The position numbers and the translations under genes are program-made. This document shows, piece after piece, positions 20,841 to 32,000 of a stretch of DNA of 32,000 bases (its first letter is position 1; each line of letters starts with the position of its first letter). Below the pieces are notes generated by a model. That model was given only the letters and a program-made list of their open reading frames with translations. It searched no databases and was not told where the DNA came from. The stretch comes from Horticoccus luteus (lineage in GTDB: Bacteria; Verrucomicrobiota; Verrucomicrobiia; Opitutales; Opitutaceae), in the NCBI RefSeq assembly GCF_019464535.1, contig NZ_CP080507.1, positions 3,030,001 through 3,062,000 of the forward strand. The letters are read 5' to 3'.

Positions 20841-20880
20841 TGGAGCTTCTCTGGAGCTTGGATGTTGGTGCCTGGAGCTT
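20841..20880. repeat. Right terminal inverted repeat of the cassette
   Basis: TGGAGCTTCTCTGGAGCTTGGATGTTGGTGCCTGGAGCTT is the reverse complement of the left arm at 34/40 positions. It ends 19 nt before the mmsA ATG. Confidence 0.8.
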
Positions 20881-20899
20881 TCCTCCCTCACAACCTTTC

Positions 20900-22399
20900 A
20901 TGACCACCCCGCTCACCCCCTGCCCGCACCTCATCGGCGGCGAATGGTCGACGCCCTCCGGCGCCACCACGCCCGTTTATAATCCCTCCACCGGCGAAGT
21001 CATCGCCGAGTGCCCCGTCGGCGGCGCCGCCGAAATCAACGCCGCCGTCGCCGCCGCCGCTGCAGCATTTCCCGCGTGGCGCGAAACCCCCGCCGTCGAT
21101 CGCGCGCGCATCTTTTTCCGCTTCCGCCACCTCATCGAGCAAAACCACGACCGCCTCTGCCTCAGCGTTTCCCGTGAGCACGGCAAAACACTTTCCGAAG
21201 CGCGCGGCGATGTTCACCGCGGGATGGAAAACGTCGAATACGCCTGCGGCATTCCCTCGCTCCTCTTCGGCGACACCCTCGAAAACCTCGCGCGCAACGT
21301 CGACTGCGAGACCATCGTCCAGCCCCTCGGCGTTTGCGCCGGCATCACCCCCTTCAACTTCCCCGCCATGGTGCCGCTCTGGATGTATCCGCTCGCCATC
21401 GCGTGCGGCAATACGTTCGTCCTCAAGCCCAGCGAAAAAGTCCCGCTCACCGTCATCCTTCTCGCGCAGTTGCTCGAACAAGCCGGCCTGCCCAAAGGCG
21501 TGTTGAACATCGTCCACGGCGGGCGCCCATGCGTCGACGCCCTGCTCACGCATCCGCAGGTGAAAGCCATTTCCTTCGTCGGCTCCACCCCGATCGCGAA
21601 ATACATTTACGAAACCGGCACGCGCCACGGCAAACGCGTCCAGGCCAACGGCGGCGCGAAAAACTACATCGTCGTCATGCCCGATGCCGACATCGCGAAG
21701 ACCGTCGAAGCGCTCTCCACCGCCGCCTTCGGTTGCGCCGGCGAGCGTTGCATGGCCGGCTCGACCGCCCTCCCCGTCGGCGCCGCCGCCGAGCGGCTCC
21801 TGCCCGATCTCATCGCCGCCGCCAACGCGATCAAAGTCGGCCGCACCGATCGGCCCGCCCCCGCCGCCCAACCCGACATGGGCCCCGTCATCACCGCCGC
21901 CCACCGCGACCGCGTCCTCAGCCTCGTCGCCGCCAGCGAATCCGAAGGCGCCAAAATCATCGCCGACGGCCGCCGCGCCAAAATCGCCGACGCCCCCGGC
22001 GGGTTCTATCTCGGCGCCACGGTGGTCGACGGCGTGCACCCTGACATGACCCTCGCCCGCGAGGAAGTCTTCGGTCCCGTCCTCAATGTCATGCGCATGG
22101 ACGACCTCGACGCCGCCATCGCGCAAGCCAACGCCTCCGCCTTCGGCAACGGCGCCGCCATCTTCACGAACAGCGGCCGCGCCGCCCGCGAGTTCAAGCA
22201 TCGCGTGAAAGCTGGCATGGTCGGCATCAACGTGGGCGTCCCGGCGACGATGGCCATGTTCCCCTTCACCGGCTGGGACGACTCCTTCTTCGGCGATCTC
22301 CACATTCAAGGGAAGGAAGCCGTGCAATTCTACACGCAGCAAAAAGTCGTCACGAGTCGCTGGTTCGGCGGCGACGTCGGCGACGTGTGGAAAAAATAG
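20900..22399 (+). CDS. mmsA: CoA-acylating methylmalonate/malonate-semialdehyde dehydrogenase, 499 aa
   Basis: Aldehyde dehydrogenase fold with FNFPAMVPLWMYPLAIACGNTFVLKPSE, the catalytic-Cys motif GCAGERCMAGS and the C-terminal GWDDSFFGDLHIQGKEAVQFYT typical of MmsA. Start at MTTPLTPCPHLIGGEW (20900). Confidence 0.92.
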   Translation: MTTPLTPCPHLIGGEWSTPSGATTPVYNPSTGEVIAECPVGGAAEINAAVAAAAAAFPAWRETPAVDRARIFFRFRHLIEQNHDRLCLSVSREHGKTLSEARGDVHRGMENVEYACGIPSLLFGDTLENLARNVDCETIVQPLGVCAGITPFNFPAMVPLWMYPLAIACGNTFVLKPSEKVPLTVILLAQLLEQAGLPKGVLNIVHGGRPCVDALLTHPQVKAISFVGSTPIAKYIYETGTRHGKRVQANGGAKNYIVVMPDADIAKTVEALSTAAFGCAGERCMAGSTALPVGAAAERLLPDLIAAANAIKVGRTDRPAPAAQPDMGPVITAAHRDRVLSLVAASESEGAKIIADGRRAKIADAPGGFYLGATVVDGVHPDMTLAREEVFGPVLNVMRMDDLDAAIAQANASAFGNGAAIFTNSGRAAREFKHRVKAGMVGINVGVPATMAMFPFTGWDDSFFGDLHIQGKEAVQFYTQQKVVTSRWFGGDVGDVWKK

Positions 22400-22527
22400 A
22401 AACTCCAACCTCCACCCTCCAAGCTCCAGAGAAACCTCAACCCTGAGACCTCCAAACCCATCCATGCCAACTTCGAGAATTGAACCCTGGAGCATCTCCG
22501 GAACCGGGATGTTGGACCTTCGAGCTT
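22400..22527. repeat. ORF-less miniature copy (128 bp) of the 20320-20880 element
   Basis: The left arm 22400-22439 matches 20320-20359 at 31/40 positions. The right arm 22488-22527 matches 20841-20880 at 31/40. Orientation is the same, with only 48 bp between the arms. The copy starts 1 nt after the mmsA TAG and ends 7 nt before the hydA ATG. Its own two arms are only about 26/40 complementary, so it is decayed. Confidence 0.7.
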
Positions 22528-22534
22528 TTTCCTC

Positions 22535-23917
22535 ATGAGCCTGCTGATTAAGAACGGCGAAATCATCACCGCCGACTCCCGCTACGTGGCCGATATCTAC
22601 TGCGAGGGCGAAACGATCACGCACATCGACCGCCACCTTTCCGCTCCCGCCGGCACCGAGGTGATCGACGCGCAGGGTAAATACGTCTTCCCCGGCTTCA
22701 TCGACCCGCACGTCCACATCCATCTGCCCTTCATGGGCACCCTCGCCAAAGATACGTATGAATCCGGCTCGCGCGCGGCCTTGGTCGGCGGCACCACCAC
22801 GCTCATCGAAATGTGCTGTCCCGCACGCCAGGACGACGCTCTGCAATCCTTCGAACAATGGATGAACAACGCCGTCGGTAAATCCGCCTGCGATTTCTCG
22901 TTCCACATGGGCGTCACGAAATTTGACGACGCCACCGCCGCGCAGCTTCGCGAAATCGTGCGCCGCGGCATCTCGTCGTTCAAAATCTTCCTCGCCTACA
23001 AAGGCGCCTTCGGCATCGACGACACCGAACTCTACCGCGCGCTCAAGCTCGCCAGAGAACTCGGCGTCGTTGTCACCGCGCACTGCGAAAACGAGACCCT
23101 CGTCGCCGAACGCTGCAAGGAACTGCTCGCCGCCGGCAAGACCGACCCCGGCCAGCATCACGAAAGCCGCCCGCCCGCCGTCGAGGCCGAGGGCGTGCAC
23201 CATTTGATGACGTTCGCCGAACTCACCGGCGCCGCCGTTTACATTGTCCACCTCTCCTGCCGCGAAGCGCTCGACGAGGCTATCGCCGCCCGCCAGCGCG
23301 GCGTGCGCGTCGGCATCGAAACGCTCATCCAATATCTCACGCTCGACAAATCCTACGCCGAACGCCCGGGCTTCGAAGGCGCGAAATACGTCATGTCGCC
23401 GCCCTTGCGCGACGTGCGCAACCAGGAGGTCCTCTGGCACGGCCTCCGCGACGGCCTCATCAACACCGTCGCCACCGACCACGCGCCCTTCGATTTCGCC
23501 GGCCAAAAACCGCTCGGCCGCGACGACTTCACCAAGATCCCCAACGGCATTCCATCGCTCGAGGAGCGCATCAACCTGCTCTACACGTACGGCGTGAAAC
23601 GCGGACGGATCGATCTGCACACCTTCGTCAACGTCGCCAGCACCGCCGTCGCGAAACAGTTCGACCTCTTTCCCCGCAAAGGCGCCATCCAGCCCGGCGC
23701 CGACGCCGACCTCGTCGTCTTCGACCCGAATTATCGCGGCAATATTTCCGTCGCGACGCAGCACATGGCCGTCGATTACAGCGCCTTCGAGGGCTGGCCG
23801 ATCGAAGGTCGCGCCAGCGTCGTCACCGTCCGTGGCCAGGTCGCCGCGCGCGACGGACAATTCACCGGCACCCTCGGCCGCGGGCGCTTCCTGCAACGGA
23901 AGCCCAGCCATTTTTAA
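22535..23917 (+). CDS. hydA: Dihydropyrimidinase (D-hydantoinase), 460 aa
   Basis: Cyclic amidohydrolase metal ligands: GFIDPHVHIHLPF, SFKIFLAYKG (carboxylated Lys), TAHCEN, YIVHLS and ATDHAPF. Confidence 0.93.
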   Translation: MSLLIKNGEIITADSRYVADIYCEGETITHIDRHLSAPAGTEVIDAQGKYVFPGFIDPHVHIHLPFMGTLAKDTYESGSRAALVGGTTTLIEMCCPARQDDALQSFEQWMNNAVGKSACDFSFHMGVTKFDDATAAQLREIVRRGISSFKIFLAYKGAFGIDDTELYRALKLARELGVVVTAHCENETLVAERCKELLAAGKTDPGQHHESRPPAVEAEGVHHLMTFAELTGAAVYIVHLSCREALDEAIAARQRGVRVGIETLIQYLTLDKSYAERPGFEGAKYVMSPPLRDVRNQEVLWHGLRDGLINTVATDHAPFDFAGQKPLGRDDFTKIPNGIPSLEERINLLYTYGVKRGRIDLHTFVNVASTAVAKQFDLFPRKGAIQPGADADLVVFDPNYRGNISVATQHMAVDYSAFEGWPIEGRASVVTVRGQVAARDGQFTGTLGRGRFLQRKPSHF

Positions 23918-24014
23918 CCCTTTCCCGAATCACATGCTTGGGTGCAAGCCACGCCGCCTCTGCCTTCGCTCCGTGCTTATGCAGTCCGTCCCGTGATTTC
24001 CGGACGCCGCTTTT

Positions 24015-25514
24015 ATGTCCACTGAATCCAGAACCAGCGGCACGCTTACCGATCCGTCCGCCGGATCATCCGTCTTAACCACCTCGCCGCTCTACAATGC
24101 CGATCTCGCGCCCGTGCCCGCCGAGCGTCGCACATGGACGCGCTGGCACATCGCCGCCCTCTGGGTCGGCATGGCCGTTTGCATCCCCACCTACACCATC
24201 GCCTCGGGACTCATCGCGAGCGGCCTGAATTGGTGGCAGGCGCTCCTCTGCGTGCTGCTCGGCAATCTCATCGTGCTGATTCCGATGACGCTCAACGCCC
24301 ACCCCGGCACCGCCTACGGCATCCCGTTTCCGGTGTTGTTGCGCGCGAGTTTCGGCACCCTCGGCGCCAACCTTCCCGCCCTCATGCGCGCGATCGTGGC
24401 CTGCGGCTGGTTTGGCATTCAAACCTGGGTCGGCGGCGCGGCGATTTATAGCACCGCCGCGATTATTTTCGGCTTCGATCCCGCGACCAAAATCGCCCTT
24501 CCGGTCCTCGGCCTCTCGCCCGGCGAGTTCTCCTGCTTCCTGCTGTTTTGGGCCATCAACGTTTACTTCATTGTCCGCGGCATGGAGTCCATCAAATGGC
24601 TGGAAACGTTCAGCGCGCCGTTTCTCCTCCTTGTTGGCGGCGCGTTGATGCTTTGGGCCTATCACGCCGCGCACGGTTTCGGCCCGATCTTTGCCCAACC
24701 CGACACGCTCTTCGCCGCCGGAAAATTCTGGCCCATCTTCGGCGGCGGCCTCACCGCGATGGTGGGCTTCTGGGCGACGCTCTCGCTCAACATTCCCGAC
24801 TTCTCCCGCTTCGCCCGCTCGCAACGCGACCAAATCGTCGGCCAGGCGCTCGGCCTGCCGACGACGATGACATTCTACTCGTTCATCGGCATCGTGGTCA
24901 CGAGCGCCACGCTCGTCATCTTTGGCAACGCGATCTGGGATCCCGTGGTCGTCATTGCGAAGTTCGGCAGCAAATCTCTCTCCGCCCTCGCGCTCCTCAC
25001 GCTCGCCGTCGCCACGCTCTCGACCAACATCGCGGCCAACGTCGTCTCCTCCGCCAACGATTTCTCCAACCTCGCTCCGCGGCGCATCAGTTTCAAACTC
25101 GGCGGCCTCCTCACCGCCATCATCGGCCTGGTCATGATGCCGTGGAAACTCATGGCGGATCCGACCGGCTACATCTTCACCTGGCTGATCGGCTATAGCG
25201 CGCTCCTCGGCCCCATCGCCGGCATCATGATCGCCGACTACTTCGTCGTCCGCCGCAAGCAGCTCGACGTCGCCGCGCTCTACGATCCGCACGGCGCCTA
25301 TCGCTTCACCCACGGCTTCAGCCTCGTCGCGCTGCTCGCGTTTCTCCTCGCCGTGCTGCCGTCACTGCCGGGCTTTCTCGTCGCCGTCGGCGCGGTCGCG
25401 CCAACGAGCGTCGCGCCGATATTCCTCAACCTCTATAACATCGCCTGGTTCGTCGGCTTCGCGCTCGCGTTCGCCGTTTACCTCGTCCTCCGCCCCCTCG
25501 CGCGCCGCGCCTGA
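24015..25514 (+). CDS. NCS1 family nucleobase:cation symporter (uracil/hydantoin/allantoin-type permease), 499 aa
   Basis: Twelve-TM-like hydrophobic profile. N-terminal NADLAPVPAERRTW and downstream NIPDFSRFARS motifs are typical of NCS1 transporters. Pathway context fits. Confidence 0.88.
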   Translation: MSTESRTSGTLTDPSAGSSVLTTSPLYNADLAPVPAERRTWTRWHIAALWVGMAVCIPTYTIASGLIASGLNWWQALLCVLLGNLIVLIPMTLNAHPGTAYGIPFPVLLRASFGTLGANLPALMRAIVACGWFGIQTWVGGAAIYSTAAIIFGFDPATKIALPVLGLSPGEFSCFLLFWAINVYFIVRGMESIKWLETFSAPFLLLVGGALMLWAYHAAHGFGPIFAQPDTLFAAGKFWPIFGGGLTAMVGFWATLSLNIPDFSRFARSQRDQIVGQALGLPTTMTFYSFIGIVVTSATLVIFGNAIWDPVVVIAKFGSKSLSALALLTLAVATLSTNIAANVVSSANDFSNLAPRRISFKLGGLLTAIIGLVMMPWKLMADPTGYIFTWLIGYSALLGPIAGIMIADYFVVRRKQLDVAALYDPHGAYRFTHGFSLVALLAFLLAVLPSLPGFLVAVGAVAPTSVAPIFLNLYNIAWFVGFALAFAVYLVLRPLARRA

Positions 25515-25576
25515 TGGCGTCTGCTCCACCCATTTCCACCTTTTCCGCCCGTCCTTAGAGTCGCTTCCATTCTCCC

Positions 25577-26920
25577 ATGAAAAACATCCCGCTGCCGCCT
25601 TGCGCCCACACCCCTGCGCCTTACACCGGCCCTTCCGCCGGCCAGGTCCTCGCGCAACGCCGCGAATTCCTCAACCCCGGCATCATCACTTACTACAAGC
25701 ACCCCATCATGATCGTGCAGGGGAAAATGCAGTGGCTCTGGGACGACGCCGGCAAACGCTACCTCGATGCTCTCGGCGGCATCGTCACCGTCAGCGTCGG
25801 CCACTGCCACCCCCATGTCGTCGCCGCCGCGCACCAGCAGAACGAACTGCTGCAACACGCCACCACGCTTTACCTGCATCCGAACATCGGCGAGTTCGCC
25901 GAGAAGCTCGCGTCCACGCTCCCCGGCGATCTCAAGGTCTGCTACTTCGTCAACTCCGGCTCCGAAGCCAACGACCTCGCCCTCCTCATGGCGCGGCTCT
26001 ACACCGGCAACTACGACGTGATCGCCCTGCGCAACGCCTACCACGGCGGCAACGCCGCGGGCATGGGTCTGACCGCAAACTCCAATTGGAAATTCAATGT
26101 CCCGCATAGCTTCGGCGTGCATCACGCCCAGACGCCCTATTCCTATCGCGGCGTCTTCGGCTACGACGATCCCGACGCCGGCCGCAAATACGCCGACGAC
26201 GTCAAACAGGTGATCGACTACGCCACGTCCGGCAAAATCGCCGCATTCATCGCCGAATCGATGCAAGGCGTCGGCGGCTTCGTCGAGTTTCCCGCCGGCT
26301 ATCTCCAGCACGCCTACGGCCACGCCCGCGCGGCGGGCGGCGTGTGCATCGCCGACGAAGTGCAAACCGGTTTCGGCCGCACTGGCACGAATTTCTGGGG
26401 CTTCCAAAATCACGGCGTCGTGCCCGACATCGTCACCATGGCAAAAGGCATCGGCAATGGCGCGCCCCTCGCCGCCGTCGTCACCACCCCGAAAATCGCC
26501 GCGATGCTCACGCAAAAGACGCATTTCAACACCTTTGGCGGCAACCCCGTCGTCTGCGCCATTGGCACCGCCGTCCTCGACGTCATCGCCCGTGAAAAGA
26601 CGCAGCAAAACTGCCTCGAACTCGGCCGCCACCTCCTCGCGGGACTGAACAAGCTCAAAGAGAAACACGCGCTCATTGGCGACGTGCGCGGCCAAGGCCT
26701 GATGGTCGGCCTCGAGTTCGTGAAAGATCGACAGACCAAAGAGCCCGCCAAAGAGGCGTGCCAGCAAGTCGTCGAGAACTGCCGCGAACTCGGCCTCCTC
26801 GTTGGCAAAGGCGGCTTGTGGGGCCAGACCATTCGCATGGCTCCGCCGATGAACATCACGAAAGCCGACGCCGACTTCATCCTCGCCGTGCTCGACGAAG
26901 CCATCGGCGCCGCCGCATAA
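25577..26920 (+). CDS. Class-III PLP aminotransferase, AGXT2-like (beta-alanine / 3-aminoisobutyrate : pyruvate type), 447 aa
   Basis: [25 protein letters not shown] and [12 protein letters not shown] (PLP lysine), with overall similarity to alanine-glyoxylate aminotransferase 2. Substrate is inferred from operon context. Confidence 0.85.
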   Translation: MKNIPLPPCAHTPAPYTGPSAGQVLAQRREFLNPGIITYYKHPIMIVQGKMQWLWDDAGKRYLDALGGIVTVSVGHCHPHVVAAAHQQNELLQHATTLYLHPNIGEFAEKLASTLPGDLKVCYFVNSGSEANDLALLMARLYTGNYDVIALRNAYHGGNAAGMGLTANSNWKFNVPHSFGVHHAQTPYSYRGVFGYDDPDAGRKYADDVKQVIDYATSGKIAAFIAESMQGVGGFVEFPAGYLQHAYGHARAAGGVCIADEVQTGFGRTGTNFWGFQNHGVVPDIVTMAKGIGNGAPLAAVVTTPKIAAMLTQKTHFNTFGGNPVVCAIGTAVLDVIAREKTQQNCLELGRHLLAGLNKLKEKHALIGDVRGQGLMVGLEFVKDRQTKEPAKEACQQVVENCRELGLLVGKGGLWGQTIRMAPPMNITKADADFILAVLDEAIGAAA

Positions 26921-26950
26921 AATCAGCGGCCGTGCGGTGCTTTCCACGAT

Positions 26951-26994
26951 CCGGCGCGTGTCGTCTCGCGCGCCGGAAAAAAAACCGGCCGCGC
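26951..26994. terminator. GC-rich palindrome cluster with an A8/T8 tract in the convergent gap; non-canonical terminator candidate
   Basis: CCGGCGCG (26951-26958) pairs with CGCGCCGG (26969-26976). Alternatively, GCGCGCCGG (26968-26976) pairs with CCGGCCGCGC (26985-94) across the A8 tract (26977-26984). Neither strand shows a textbook hairpin followed by a U-tract. Confidence 0.35.
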
Positions 26995-27003
26995 CGCCCC
27001 GCC

Positions 27004-30410
<3,407 letters not shown>

Positions 30411-30484
30411 GCCTTCGTCAGCGCCTCAGCGTTTCCTTGCTCCGACCCACCCGTCTTCGCGCTTCACCCGACCTCTTTCCCTGA

Positions 30485-32000
<1,516 letters not shown>

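Larger units (their letters stand above)
20320..20880 (+). mobile_element. Inverted-repeat-bounded cassette (about 560 bp) carrying a four-helix-bundle gene; IVS-like / MITE-parent-like element of unknown mobility
   Basis: The left arm 20320-20359 (AAGCTCCAAAATCCAACATCCAAGCTCCATAGAAGCGCCA) matches the reverse complement of the right arm 20841-20880 at 34/40 positions. The interior is visibly AT-richer, with many A/T-ending codons. The cassette occupies nearly the whole preA-mmsA spacer. No transposase is present, so mobility is inferred only from the repeat structure and the second copy at 22400. Confidence 0.6.

Noticed and set aside
20320-20880. Diversity-generating retroelement, because the four-helix-bundle protein belongs to the Avd family
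   Set aside because: No reverse transcriptase and no template/variable repeat pair with adenine-specific mismatches are present anywhere in the window.
20888-23911. 1007-aa ORF on the minus strand spanning mmsA and hydA
   Set aside because: It is antisense to two genes with unmistakable family motifs. Its translation is low-complexity G/A/D/E/V-rich sequence with no recognisable domain. Long stop-free antisense frames are expected when sense codons end in C or G.

Overview
High-GC, densely coding bacterial chromosomal segment. My untested guess is a Verrucomicrobiota/Opitutales-like organism. I support 25 protein genes and found no rRNA, tRNA, CRISPR array, transposase or integrase. Left to right: an M16 peptidase pair; a minus-strand block (Cache-like histidine kinase, LLM flavin oxidoreductase, M3 metallopeptidase, PagL-like outer-membrane deacylase, short SDR); a plus-strand block (SUV3-like helicase, receiver-only response regulator, MASE1 hybrid histidine kinase, DUF1643 protein, STAS-like protein); a minus-strand trio (MBL hydrolase, small membrane protein, M20 carbamoyl-amidase); a reductive pyrimidine catabolism operon (preT, preA, mmsA, dihydropyrimidinase, NCS1 permease, AGXT2-like aminotransferase); a coiled-coil zinc-ribbon protein; and gyrB-gyrA. 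gyrA runs off the 3' end, so it is absent from the supplied ORF track. The most unusual signal is non-genic. A ~560-bp, visibly AT-shifted cassette bounded by 40-bp imperfect inverted repeats (34/40) carries a four-helix-bundle (Avd / 23S rRNA IVS protein family) gene. It fills the preA-mmsA spacer. A 128-bp ORF-less miniature with the same arm sequences fills the next spacer (mmsA-hydA). I interpret these as an autonomous/miniature pair of an IVS-like or MITE-like element colonising intercistronic spacers. The second candidate system is the helicase / receiver / MASE1 hybrid kinase / DUF1643 array, which has overlapping stop/start codons. Most long ORFs in the track that lie antisense to these genes are GC-driven artefacts.
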